Part shown: positions 31,820 through 41,430 of the stretch, in pieces
Numbering within the stretch: the first letter of the stretch is position 1
Layout: every line of letters begins with the position of its first letter
Assembly: GCA_963664295.1 (NCBI GenBank)
Contig: OY760935.1
Location: forward strand, 928,001-992,000
Length of the DNA stretch: 64,000 bases
Direction of reading: 5' to 3'
Origin: Candidatus Altimarinota bacterium
Lineage (GTDB): Bacteria > Patescibacteriota > Gracilibacteria > CAIRYL01 > GCA-016699755
Made by a program: the position numbers and the translations under genes
Notes under the pieces: generated by a model
Told to the model about the DNA's origin: nothing
Database searches by the model: none
What the model saw: the letters and a program-made list of their open reading frames with translations, nothing else

Positions 31820-32599
31820 TTAACCTTCAATTAGGGGTAAAACAACAATAAAACTACTGCCTTTGCCCAAGGTGCTACTTACCTCCACTCTTCCTCCATG
31901 ATTTTTGACAATTTTTTTTACCAAACTAAGACCCAAGCCAGAGCCTCTTATTTTTTTGTTTTTTTGTGCAGGTGAGCGCCAAAAGTCCTGAAAAATTTTT
32001 TTCTTTTCTGTTGCACTAATGCCACAACCTTGATCTTTTACTTCTAATACTGCTTTATTTCCTTTTTTATAAACTAATACAGAAATTTTTTTACTTTTTT
32101 CTGTGTATTTTTGGGCGTTTTTTAATAAATTTTCTAAAATAACTTCTATCCTGCTTTTGTGGCCTATGATAAAAACATTTTCTTCTATTTTGTGCTCCCA
32201 TTTATGCAAATTATTTTTGTGATTTATTACAATGTTTTTAACAAATTTGCTTAAATTAAATTTTTTAGGTGACTTTTTTTTGTTATATTCAACTTCAAAT
32301 ATTTGCAAAAGCTTGTCTAAAGAGTCTTCAATTAGACCAAGTTCATTTTTTACAACTTGAGAGTTGTCTTTTTGCATTGTTTTTTCTTCCTGAGCCAATA
32401 TAAGTCTCAAAATTGTCAATGAATTACCAATTGAGTGGATTATTTTGGATAAAAATTTAACCTGTTTTTTGTTTTCACGAAAATGTAATTCTTTTTCTTT
32501 TAAAAGTTTGTCGATTTGTGCACAAGATTGCTTGTGTTTTTTTAGTAATTTTTCATTTACATTTTCTAGTTGCCAAATTAACTCAAGTAGTTTGTTCAT
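31820..32599 (-). CDS. Cytoplasmic histidine kinase (no obvious sensor domain)
   Basis: IIHSIGNSLT H-box-like, NLLKNAQKYT, VKDQGCGI, IF..F, GSGLGL. Confidence 0.85.
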   Translation of the reverse strand: MNKLLELIWQLENVNEKLLKKHKQSCAQIDKLLKEKELHFRENKKQVKFLSKIIHSIGNSLTILRLILAQEEKTMQKDNSQVVKNELGLIEDSLDKLLQIFEVEYNKKKSPKKFNLSKFVKNIVINHKNNLHKWEHKIEENVFIIGHKSRIEVILENLLKNAQKYTEKSKKISVLVYKKGNKAVLEVKDQGCGISATEKKKIFQDFWRSPAQKNKKIRGSGLGLSLVKKIVKNHGGRVEVSSTLGKGSSFIVVLPLIEG

Positions 32600-33263
32600 T
32601 GGTTTCAAAAATAAATCCTCGACCACGCAAGGTTTTTAAGCGATCCGCTTCTTTTCCAATTTGTCTCCTAAGTCGCATCATATGGACATTAATAGTGTTA
32701 CTACGGGTGCAAAGCCCATCATCGTTCCAAATGTGTTCCAAAATTTCTGCTTCCGTAATAATGCGATTACTATTTTTTAAAAAATAGTAAAGTAGCTGAT
32801 ATTCTTTTAGTTTTAATTCTAAAATTTTGTTATTAAGCATAATTTCACCTTTTTGCTCATCAATAATAAAAGGGGGTATTTCTAGTGGTGCAATTGCTTT
32901 ATTTTTTCTGCGCAACAAGGCACGCACTTTGGCCAATAATTCCGCAGGGTCATATGGTTTTTCTAAGTAATCATCAGCACCTTTATTTAGGGCGTAACTT
33001 CTTTCGCGACTGCCCTTGAGTGCGCTTAAAATTAAAATTGGCACATCTTTTTGTTGCCTATGAATGTCTTCAATTAGACTAATACCGTCTTCTTTTTCGC
33101 CAAAATCTCTATCCAGAATGATTAAATCAAAGCCACCCTCTGTAATTAATTCTTTTGCTTGTTGTAAGGTTTGTGCTTTTTTAATCACAAAACGCTTATC
33201 TGTTAATAAGTGGGACAAAAAATCCAAAATTAAAGGCTCATCATCTGCTAGTAATATTCTCAT
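32583..33263 (-). CDS. OmpR/PhoB-family response regulator
   Basis: LADDE, LIILD, GADDYLEKP, winged helix (VHMMRLR, TLRGRGF). Confidence 0.92.
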   Translation of the reverse strand: MRILLADDEPLILDFLSHLLTDKRFVIKKAQTLQQAKELITEGGFDLIILDRDFGEKEDGISLIEDIHRQQKDVPILILSALKGSRERSYALNKGADDYLEKPYDPAELLAKVRALLRRKNKAIAPLEIPPFIIDEQKGEIMLNNKILELKLKEYQLLYYFLKNSNRIITEAEILEHIWNDDGLCTRSNTINVHMMRLRRQIGKEADRLKTLRGRGFIFETNEQTT

Positions 33264-33278
33264 TTGGGGAAAATAAAT

Positions 33279-34313
33279 TTATTTTTTAAAAAATTTTACA
33301 AGCTCATCACCAATTGCTGAAGCAGTTTGTGGATTAAATAAATCCACAATTTTGTTTAAATTTGTAAAACTTAAAACTTTAGCTAATTTTTGTACTGAAT
33401 TTTTTTTGGAATTTTTTAGTGTTTCCAAAACGCTTTTTGTTTTTATTAAAGCTATTTTCGCTTCTAGCGCGGAATCAAGCTGAATTAAAAATTCATCACA
33501 CAGGTTTTCTACTGGCTTTTGTATAAAATTAATACCATTCCAGGTAGGAGAATATTGCAAAACTTCTCTTATTATTTTTTTATCTAATTCTTCGTGTGGA
33601 CAATCTTCTTTTATTCTGATTATTTCTTTTTCAAAAAAAGCACCCCTGGGGCGACCTAGTGCATCAATTTTATCAAAAGTTTTTAAAGCTAATATTTTTT
33701 TCTTAATTAATTTTTCTTTTTTCCAAAAATTTTTTAAATAAACACACCTATTTTCCAGCATTTTTAAGTACTTTTTAACATATAGCTGGCGATAATTTTC
33801 AAAGGACTGTAATACGGTTTGTTCAAAATAATCTGGCGATCTGAGAATTTTTGGCAAATCTAAGTTAATTTTTACTAAATCTTGCGCCAATCTTAACTTG
33901 GAAAATTCTTCATCATCTTCAGGAAGTGGCACTAAATAGGCTTTAATTAAAGATATAATTGAAGTATGCTTGGCCACTTTTTTAAATTTTTCAAGCTCGT
34001 CTTTATCTTTTGAATTAAGAGGTTTTTTTTGAAGAAATTTTTTAATAGACTCAGAATAAGGATTTTTAATTTCGTACTCAGAGCACAAAAGCTCTGTTTT
34101 TTGATAAAAATCCTCAAGATTATTTAAATATTCTTCACTTTTACTAATTTGCTTTTCGGCGCTTGTAATTGCTACTGCTACTTTTTTTGGAGCCACTTCT
34201 TCTATAGCACAAGTTTCTGAATCTATTTTTAATTCTTTATTTTTTGTTAATTTTTTTATTAACTCTTTTTTGTCTTTTGCTTTAGCAATAAAAACAACTT
34301 TAAATTTCTTCAT
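33279..34313 (-). CDS. Hypothetical helical protein
   Basis: 344-aa ORF co-oriented 15 bp upstream of the response regulator. Confidence 0.6.
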   Translation of the reverse strand: MKKFKVVFIAKAKDKKELIKKLTKNKELKIDSETCAIEEVAPKKVAVAITSAEKQISKSEEYLNNLEDFYQKTELLCSEYEIKNPYSESIKKFLQKKPLNSKDKDELEKFKKVAKHTSIISLIKAYLVPLPEDDEEFSKLRLAQDLVKINLDLPKILRSPDYFEQTVLQSFENYRQLYVKKYLKMLENRCVYLKNFWKKEKLIKKKILALKTFDKIDALGRPRGAFFEKEIIRIKEDCPHEELDKKIIREVLQYSPTWNGINFIQKPVENLCDEFLIQLDSALEAKIALIKTKSVLETLKNSKKNSVQKLAKVLSFTNLNKIVDLFNPQTASAIGDELVKFFKK

Positions 34314-34472
34314 TTTTTAAATATATATTCTTAATTTGCTATAAAATTCTAATAAAATAAATATGAAATTTTCATGAACTAAGCTTTTTAATTAATATTC
34401 TGTTCATTTTTATGTGAAAAAATAAAAAATATATGGAAAAATAAAATTGATTTTAAATATTTTAAATTAAAA

Positions 34473-35288
34473 ATGAGCAAAAAACCGCCAAGCTGTGAAG
34501 AAAAAATTACAACAGACGCACTCAAAGAAGACAAAAAGCCTAATGCACCAGAAGCTGAAAAATCTCCAGAACGAATGTTGTTGTTAGATCATGCGACACT
34601 CGTTAGCGTATTATCACACGAAACCAATGGCAAAATGAGCTCTATCGTAGGCTTTGCTGAAATGGGATTAAAAGGTAAATGTGATAATCCTGATCATGAA
34701 TTTTGCTTTGAAACAATACTTAAATCGGTTAGTGCGATATCTATTCTTATACAAAATCTTTTACTGCATGCAAAAATAGGCACAGAAGGAGTGCCTATAA
34801 ACATGAAGCTCGGCATGCTTTCTAATGAAATAAACAAAGTTTGGAATGAGCTGTTACCATTGTTTACAACAAAATCAGTTCATTTTATGCGAAACTTTGA
34901 AGTTGGCAGAAAACATCACTATAAAAATGAGCCTATGTTTAATTTTGATCCTGATACATTAGAGTGGGTGATAAGAAACTTAATTCATAATGCACTTAAA
35001 TTTTCTCCTGAAGAAGGAACTATAACAGCAACAGTTAGGTTTATAAAACAAGATGGCGAGGAATACGCTGAGGTAAGTGTTGCAGACGAAGGTGTTGGTA
35101 TTCCCGAAGATGAGCTTGAGCTAATTTTTGAGCAATTTAAAAAAAGCTCACGTACAACCGAAAAAAGCTTTGGCGTTGGTCTTAATATTTGCAAAAAAGT
35201 TATTGAAGCTCACAATGGCACAATAAAAGCAACAAACAACAAAGAAAAAGGGAGCACATTTACTTTTACAATCCCCCTGCTTCCCTAA
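34473..35288 (+). CDS. Cytoplasmic histidine kinase
   Basis: LSHETNG H-box, NLIHNALKFS, VADEGVGI, IFEQF, GVGL; no TM. Confidence 0.88.
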   Translation: MSKKPPSCEEKITTDALKEDKKPNAPEAEKSPERMLLLDHATLVSVLSHETNGKMSSIVGFAEMGLKGKCDNPDHEFCFETILKSVSAISILIQNLLLHAKIGTEGVPINMKLGMLSNEINKVWNELLPLFTTKSVHFMRNFEVGRKHHYKNEPMFNFDPDTLEWVIRNLIHNALKFSPEEGTITATVRFIKQDGEEYAEVSVADEGVGIPEDELELIFEQFKKSSRTTEKSFGVGLNICKKVIEAHNGTIKATNNKEKGSTFTFTIPLLP

Positions 35289-35874
35289 GCATATTAAGAT
35301 AATCTTTCAACAAATGCATTGCTTTTCCCCTGTGTGAAACTTGGTTTTTTTCTTGTTTAGAAAGTTGAGCATAAACTTTGTCTCGCCCATCAGGCACAAA
35401 CAAAGCAGAAACAGGAATGCCATGAGGAATATCGCACTGTGGCTCGTTTTTTAAATAACCACTAGTTTTTCCAGTAAAAGTCTCTTGTAAATTATTAAAA
35501 ATAAACACTGTTGCACAATAAAAACTAGCCTTTTTATTGCTCTCTTGTGTCATTCTGTTTAAAAAATAATCCAACCATTCTTGGTCGCTGGCTTCTTCGC
35601 CCGCCCCCCATCGACGAGTGTGAATACCAAGCTCACCTTCTAAGGCATCAACATGAATACCTGAGTCTTCACCAATAGTGGGCAAGCCTGTTTTTTTATA
35701 AAAATGTACTGCCTTTTTTAAGGCATTTTCTTCGTGTGTCACACCATCTTCAACAGCATCATTTTTTAACCCTAGATCTTTTAGGGTCACAAATTCAATA
35801 GGTAAATCAGATAAAACCTCTAGCATTTCGCCAGCCTTGCCCTGATTTCCTGTAGCTATGAGTATTTTTTTCAT
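35266..35874 (-). CDS. rdgB: Non-canonical purine NTP pyrophosphatase (Ham1)
   Basis: ATGNQGK, ENALKKA, EDSG, EKNQVSHRGKA. Confidence 0.9.
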   Translation of the reverse strand: MKKILIATGNQGKAGEMLEVLSDLPIEFVTLKDLGLKNDAVEDGVTHEENALKKAVHFYKKTGLPTIGEDSGIHVDALEGELGIHTRRWGAGEEASDQEWLDYFLNRMTQESNKKASFYCATVFIFNNLQETFTGKTSGYLKNEPQCDIPHGIPVSALFVPDGRDKVYAQLSKQEKNQVSHRGKAMHLLKDYLNMLREAGGL

Positions 35875-35886
35875 ATTTTAAATAAT

Positions 35887-37278
35887 TTAATCTGCGCCCT
35901 TTCCACCAAGAACCACCCAAATAGTTTTAAAAATTATTTTAAGCTCCATAAGAATATGCCAATTTTGAATAAAATATAAATCTAGTTCTATTTCTTTTTG
36001 AAAAGACAAATTGCTCCTGCCCGAAACCTGTGCAAGCCCCGTAAGACCTGGACGAATGTTTAAAACTCTTGTTTCAGCAACAGAAAATTCTTTAATTTCT
36101 TCTGGCAAATGTGGCCTTGGTCCAGTCATAGACATATCACCCAATAACACATTGATTAACTGAGGAAGCTCATCCAAAGAAAATCTGCGCAAAAACTTGC
36201 CCACCTTAGTAATTCGAGGGTCATTTTTAATTTTAAACAAAGGCCCATCTTTGCGATGAGACAATTTAATTAAATCTTTTTTCTTTTTGTCTGCATTTTG
36301 CTCCATGGACCTAAACTTAATCATTGAAAACTTCTTACCTTTTTTGCCAACCCGCTTACTAACATAAAAAATAGACCCTTTGGACTCAAGCTTAATCGCA
36401 AAAATAATCAACAAAAAAACAGGAGAAAACAAAACAATTAAAAACAAAGAAAAAATAATATCAAAAAAGCGCTTAAAAACACGACTCCAGCCATCAAGCG
36501 CAGAAATTTTTGGCTGTAAAACCGGAATACCATTAAAAATTTCCATTTCCATGCTCGCAAAACGCATACCCAACTCCGAAGGGACAAAACGAAAATATAA
36601 ATGATTTTTTTCAGCAATCAATTGAGCTTCTTTCATTTTTTCAAAAGAAAAATTGCTCGAAGCATACCAAACCTCATCAAATTTTGCCTTAGAGGCAATA
36701 TTTTTAGCATAATTAAAGCTATGTTCTACAATTGCCTCTTTTAAAACAAAAGGCATGGTTTTTGACAAAGTTTTTTTCAAGCTCTCAAAAACACCGCCTT
36801 CACCAATAAGCAAAACTTTACGTGCATAGGATTTATTTTTCCATGCCAAGGAAAAAAGCCAACGCAAAAAAATTCGCAAAACAAAAATCAGCAACAAAGA
36901 GAAGAACATTGCCTGAAATAGCATAACACGGGAGAAAAAAGGCTCATGTCTAACTAAAGAAAAATAAGCCACGATCAGCATTCCCCACAAAAAAACCCCA
37001 AAAACAATTTTCAAAAATTCTTTAATAGGATCAAATTTTTCTACTAATGGATAAAAGCCCAACAAGAAAAACATTATCAACAAAAATCCAGCAGAAACAG
37101 CAACAAAAGGAATATAAAACTCCAAACTTGGCAAAGCTTCTTTTGGAAAATAAGTCTGCACACCAGGAATTAAATCCGTAATTGGCCTGAGCCAGTAAGT
37201 CAACGACCAAGCAGTAATAACAGCAAAAAAATCAAATGCTGTACGAAGCAGGCCGGCAATAATCTCCTTTCTCTGCAC
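35887..37278 (-). CDS. Polyprenyl-phosphate sugar phosphotransferase (WcaJ/CpsE-like)
   Basis: N-terminal TMs; KRFFD, KFRSM, DPRITKVG..LR..SLDELPQL.NV..G.MS..GPRP. Confidence 0.92.
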   Translation of the reverse strand: MQRKEIIAGLLRTAFDFFAVITAWSLTYWLRPITDLIPGVQTYFPKEALPSLEFYIPFVAVSAGFLLIMFFLLGFYPLVEKFDPIKEFLKIVFGVFLWGMLIVAYFSLVRHEPFFSRVMLFQAMFFSLLLIFVLRIFLRWLFSLAWKNKSYARKVLLIGEGGVFESLKKTLSKTMPFVLKEAIVEHSFNYAKNIASKAKFDEVWYASSNFSFEKMKEAQLIAEKNHLYFRFVPSELGMRFASMEMEIFNGIPVLQPKISALDGWSRVFKRFFDIIFSLFLIVLFSPVFLLIIFAIKLESKGSIFYVSKRVGKKGKKFSMIKFRSMEQNADKKKKDLIKLSHRKDGPLFKIKNDPRITKVGKFLRRFSLDELPQLINVLLGDMSMTGPRPHLPEEIKEFSVAETRVLNIRPGLTGLAQVSGRSNLSFQKEIELDLYFIQNWHILMELKIIFKTIWVVLGGKGAD

Positions 37279-37408
37279 AAAAAGATTTTCGCATAAAAAG
37301 TTTTTTTTGTCATTTATTGTTTTTGTTTAGTGATTTTTATGATTTTTTCTTGCCTTTTTTAAAAAAAAAGTGGAAAATGCCTGTTGCGTTTTGTTTGCAA
37401 TTCGCCTT

Positions 37409-37483
37409 GGCCAGGTAGCTCAGTGGTAGAGCAATGGACTGAAAATCCATGTGTCGGCAGTTCAATTCTGCCCCTGGCCACCA
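37409..37483 (+). tRNA. tRNA-Phe(GAA)
   Basis: GGCCAGGTAGCTCAGTGGTAGAGCAATGGACTGAAAATCCATGTGTCGGCAGTTCAATTCTGCCCCTGGCCACCA. Confidence 0.96.
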
Positions 37484-37653
37484 TTTTTGGTGTTTATTGC
37501 TCTACGCAATGGACTGGCTAATTGTAAATGGCCATGTGTCGGCAGTTCAATTCTGCCCCTGGCCACCATTTTTGGTGTTTATTGCTCTACGCAATGGACT
37601 GGCTAATTGTAAATGGCCATGTGTCGGCAGTTCAATTCTGCCCCTGGCCACCA
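37484..37653 (+). repeat. Two identical 85-bp tandem units containing the 3' part of tRNA-Phe with a replaced anticodon loop
   Basis: 37484-37568 = 37569-37653; each ends CCATGTGTCGGCAGTTCAATTCTGCCCCTGGCCACCA. Confidence 0.92.
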
Positions 37654-38001
37654 TTCGCTTAGTGAGAATTACGACCCGCAACGGAGCGACCGAGTGAATA
37701 ACGAGGGCGCGGAGTGGAGGGGAAATTATTTGTAATAAAATCGTGATCTTTTACACACAGTAAAAGTCGATTTTTTAAAAATAATTTAGTAATTTCCTAA
37801 GTGATTATTTATTCAGAACAAACCCATAAAATTGATACAAAGCACTAAAGCATGGAACCCTTGGTGTTCTTTGGGCTGAATGAATTGTCCGACACACTAC
37901 AATAAAGAGTCGGCAATAAGTAGTAAGGAAATTATCTTATTTTCTTTTAAAAAACTTTGATATAAAATTATATAAAATAACTTAATCTTTTTAGCCTTTC
38001 C

Positions 38002-39597
38002 ATGAAAAAATGTCTTACTTCTTCTAGCGCATTTGTTGTTGCTCTTTTAATGGTTTTTGGGCTTACCACAAGCACAAATGATTGTCAAAGCTATGCCCAA
38101 GATGAATGTGTATTTACTGATGTTTGTGATCATAAATATAAAGATGCTATTCAATATGTAAAAGAGCAAGGAATAATAGGGGGCTATAAAGACGGTAGCT
38201 ATAAACCTGATAAAGAAATAAATCGCGCAGAATTTACAAAAATTATAATGGCTTCATCTTTTTCAGAAGAATCAATAACAGGAAGCTACTGTTTTACTGA
38301 TGTAAACAACGAATGGTTTGCTCAATATATATGCTCTGCAAAGAATGAGGGCATTATTAACGGATATTCAGATGGTAGCTTTAGGCCGAACAATCTGGTT
38401 AATCTTGTAGAGGCATTAAAAATTATCTGGGAGGCAACAGGAGTTGATATTCCAGAGGCAGAGGGAGAATGGTACCAAAAATATTTTGACGCATCAGATC
38501 AGGTGGGTCTTTTGGATACTATTGGCAGAGATCCATCTCACTTACTTACTCGTGGTGAAATGGCAGAAATTGTCTATATATCAAAAACATTGGAAGATGA
38601 CACAGATAACAACAATTCAACTACAACAAACATAACTGATAACAATACAACAACCACTAATACGGAATTGCCACCGCCATTTGTGACAGAATCAGGGGGA
38701 GTGAATATTGCTTGGACAGATTTACAATATCATCTTTTTTACAATGGTGAAGACATGGGTCATGGTGCTACACCAAAATTATCAGACGGAAATTTAGCTT
38801 ATTTAAGGCCACAAGGTAATGGCACAACTTGTTATTATTATGATACATGTGATGTAATTTTAAATGAGGAAAATCTTGGTGAAGGAGCAAGCATTTCTTT
38901 ATCAGGAGACAACATTGCTTTCCATCGTGACATGGGTGATAACGATTTTCATGTTTTTTACAATGGCGAAGACTTGGGCAAGGGTACTAATCCTGTATTA
39001 TCCGGTGATAACATTGCTTATTTTGATGAAAATCGAAACATTATTTACAATGGTACAAACTTAGGAAAAGGTGAAAGCTATATGCTTTCTGGCGATTTGC
39101 TTGTTTATTCATATTACGACTCAAATGAATCACAAAGGTATATTTATGTAAATGGCAAAAAAGTTGATAAGGTAGCAAATTTTGCAGTAGGTGGAGGAAG
39201 TTACATTTATACCAATATGAATGAAAATAATCTTTATAATGTGTTTGTAAACGGCGAATTGGCTGGAGAGGCAAATTATTCTACTGAGATTTCAGTTGAC
39301 GGTGATAATTACGCTTTTGTAAAACGTGTGGATTCTGAAACGCATGTTGTTTACAACGGAAACGATATGGGTAAGGGCACAAAACCAGTAGTAGATGGTG
39401 ATGATTTTGCCTATACCAATGACGAAGATGATGTTGCTATTTTTAATGGTGAAGAGGTGAGTAATTGCTATGCGGTCAAAATTACCAATGGTAATAGTGT
39501 TTGTAATGCACGACCTACTTCAAACCCAGCAATGCATGTCTATCTGAACAATGAAGATGTTGGCGTGGGACAAAGTTTTTATGTTGAGAGTGAGTAA
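38002..39597 (+). CDS. Secreted SLH-domain protein with C-terminal YNG.D.G.G beta repeats
   Basis: Signal peptide; SLH motifs (GYKDGSYKPDKEINRAE, GYSDGSFRPNN, LTRGEMAE); Thr/Asn linker; repeated YNGEDLGKG-like units. Confidence 0.82.
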   Translation: MKKCLTSSSAFVVALLMVFGLTTSTNDCQSYAQDECVFTDVCDHKYKDAIQYVKEQGIIGGYKDGSYKPDKEINRAEFTKIIMASSFSEESITGSYCFTDVNNEWFAQYICSAKNEGIINGYSDGSFRPNNLVNLVEALKIIWEATGVDIPEAEGEWYQKYFDASDQVGLLDTIGRDPSHLLTRGEMAEIVYISKTLEDDTDNNNSTTTNITDNNTTTTNTELPPPFVTESGGVNIAWTDLQYHLFYNGEDMGHGATPKLSDGNLAYLRPQGNGTTCYYYDTCDVILNEENLGEGASISLSGDNIAFHRDMGDNDFHVFYNGEDLGKGTNPVLSGDNIAYFDENRNIIYNGTNLGKGESYMLSGDLLVYSYYDSNESQRYIYVNGKKVDKVANFAVGGGSYIYTNMNENNLYNVFVNGELAGEANYSTEISVDGDNYAFVKRVDSETHVVYNGNDMGKGTKPVVDGDDFAYTNDEDDVAIFNGEEVSNCYAVKITNGNSVCNARPTSNPAMHVYLNNEDVGVGQSFYVESE

Positions 39598-39631
39598 GCT
39601 TAAAGCACTATTAATTACTTAAATACAAAAA

Positions 39632-39901
39632 ATGGACGATATAAACGCTCGATTAAAGGCAATAGAAGGGCGCAATAAAACGGTTGAGCTTGATAAAAAA
39701 TGGGAAACAAGCTGGAGTCGAAAATTTATTTTAATTATTTTAACTTATTTAGTAATTGCTATTTATTTTAATTTTGCAAATATAGAAAAACCGCTTATTA
39801 ACGCGGTTGTTCCTTCTCTGGCTTTTGTGATTTCCACTTTATCTATGCCTTATTTTAAAAAAATTTGGATTAAATTAAATAATAAGCAAAAGCGCAACTA
39901 G
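39632..39901 (+). CDS. Small hypothetical membrane protein
   Basis: 89 aa, IE.RN..VE.DK.WETSW.R followed by two TMs. Confidence 0.65.
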   Translation: MDDINARLKAIEGRNKTVELDKKWETSWSRKFILIILTYLVIAIYFNFANIEKPLINAVVPSLAFVISTLSMPYFKKIWIKLNNKQKRN

Positions 39902-40651
39902 GTTGTTTACTGCGTGAAAAGTTATCCCTGGCCAAAGTGAGCGTGTTTTTAAAAACACAAAGGACAACAGCAGTCCCATTACAAAGTAAATTGGCATATA
40001 AACAAGTTGCAAATGAGCAGTGGCAAATAAAACACTAGAAAACATTGCTGACCAAAAGGGCGTTGTTTTGTTCATTAACGAACTTAATAAAAATCCTCTA
40101 AAAATTAATTCTTCTAAAAGCGGAGCAACTACTACTGCAAAGCCAAACAAAACCCAAAGGGGAAGCAAATTATTGCTTATTAAGCTGGAAATTGTGCCTT
40201 GATTTGCCATTGGGGCTATTCCCATTAGCTTCATGGTGAATAAAATTCCATTTTGAGCCAAAATACTAATTGCAAACAAGCTAATTAAACTAAGCAAAAT
40301 TGTTTTTAGGTTTACTTTTCTAAAACCAAAATCTTTGAGCTTAACTTTGTATTTTTTTGCTGAAAATAAAAACAGAAAAAATATTTGTCCTAAAACTTGC
40401 AACAACAAACCAAGTACAATAAATAATTTTAAGTTTTCTATTAAAATTGTAGATACTGTGAGCAGATCAGTAAAAAATGCGCCTATAAAAAATGATCCCC
40501 AGGAAACTGCGAGTAAAAATAATGCTGAAAAAATAACCATTTTTACACCATCACTGGCCTTCCAGGGCACTTTTGGCAAGGTTCTTTTTAAAAATGGCTC
40601 TTGAACAAAGCACAATCCTGACTGTAAAAATGTTGATAAAAATTTTTGCAT
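39875..40651 (-). CDS. CPBP/CAAX (Abi-family) intramembrane metalloprotease
   Basis: APLLEELIFRG, FATAH, H..NN. Confidence 0.9.
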   Translation of the reverse strand: MQKFLSTFLQSGLCFVQEPFLKRTLPKVPWKASDGVKMVIFSALFLLAVSWGSFFIGAFFTDLLTVSTILIENLKLFIVLGLLLQVLGQIFFLFLFSAKKYKVKLKDFGFRKVNLKTILLSLISLFAISILAQNGILFTMKLMGIAPMANQGTISSLISNNLLPLWVLFGFAVVVAPLLEELIFRGFLLSSLMNKTTPFWSAMFSSVLFATAHLQLVYMPIYFVMGLLLSFVFLKTRSLWPGITFHAVNNLVALLLII

Positions 40652-40706
40652 TCAAAATTAAACAAAGGAAAGTACTATAATGCTTTTTTTAAATATTGTC
40701 AAGAAG

Positions 40707-41429
40707 TTATCCAGCTCTAATTTCACAATGTTTTACTGCCTTTTCTGCTATTTTTTGAAAATTTTTTAATTCCAATGGATTAAATCCATTTATTTTTTCT
40801 ATTTTTGGGTCAAGGCATCCGCCTGTTGGGCGAAAATTTTGTAAATAATATTTTTTTGCACCTTGAATTAATTCTAATAATTCCTTAAAAATGTCTTCAT
40901 TGTGTATTCCTGGCACTAATGTTGTACGAAATTCATAGTCTAAATTGCTGTTTTGAATTATCTTAATTGATTTTTTGATTATTTCTATGTTTATTTTTAC
41001 TCCAACTGCTTTGTTATAAGTTTTTTCTGAAGATTTTATGTCCATTGCAATATAATCTAACAAATTTGCTTTTAATAATTGCCTTAACATGTCCGGATTT
41101 GTGCCATTTGTGTCTAATTTTACCAAAAAGCCCATTTTTTTTATTTTTTGAATAAACTCTGGTAGGTTTTTATGAATTGTTGGCTCTCCACCAGTAATAA
41201 CTACACCGTCTAAAAGCCCTTGGCGTGCTTTTAAAAAAGCAAAAAGGGATTTTTTTTCAATAAAACTATCTTTTATTTCGTTGATTTTCTCAGGTAAAAC
41301 AAATTCGGAGTTATGACAATATGGACAACGAAAATTGCAACCTGCTAAAAAAACTATACAGCTTGTTTTGCCAGGAAAATCCAGCATACTAAAAGGCTGT
41401 ATAGCAGAAATTGGCAAATCCTTGCTCAT
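40707..41429 (-). CDS. nrdG: Anaerobic RNR activating enzyme (radical SAM)
   Basis: DFPG..SC..F..GCNFRCPYCHN, ITGGEP, KLDTNG, YEFRTT. Confidence 0.92.
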   Translation of the reverse strand: MSKDLPISAIQPFSMLDFPGKTSCIVFLAGCNFRCPYCHNSEFVLPEKINEIKDSFIEKKSLFAFLKARQGLLDGVVITGGEPTIHKNLPEFIQKIKKMGFLVKLDTNGTNPDMLRQLLKANLLDYIAMDIKSSEKTYNKAVGVKINIEIIKKSIKIIQNSNLDYEFRTTLVPGIHNEDIFKELLELIQGAKKYYLQNFRPTGGCLDPKIEKINGFNPLELKNFQKIAEKAVKHCEIRAG

Positions 41430-41430
41430 T

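Noticed and set aside
37484-37653. CRISPR array
   Set aside because: The units are fully identical with no unique spacers, derive from tRNA, and no cas genes are in the window.
37449-37697. 82-aa ORF with internal repeat
   Set aside because: It is a translation of tRNA-Phe and its tandem units; no evidence for a protein.
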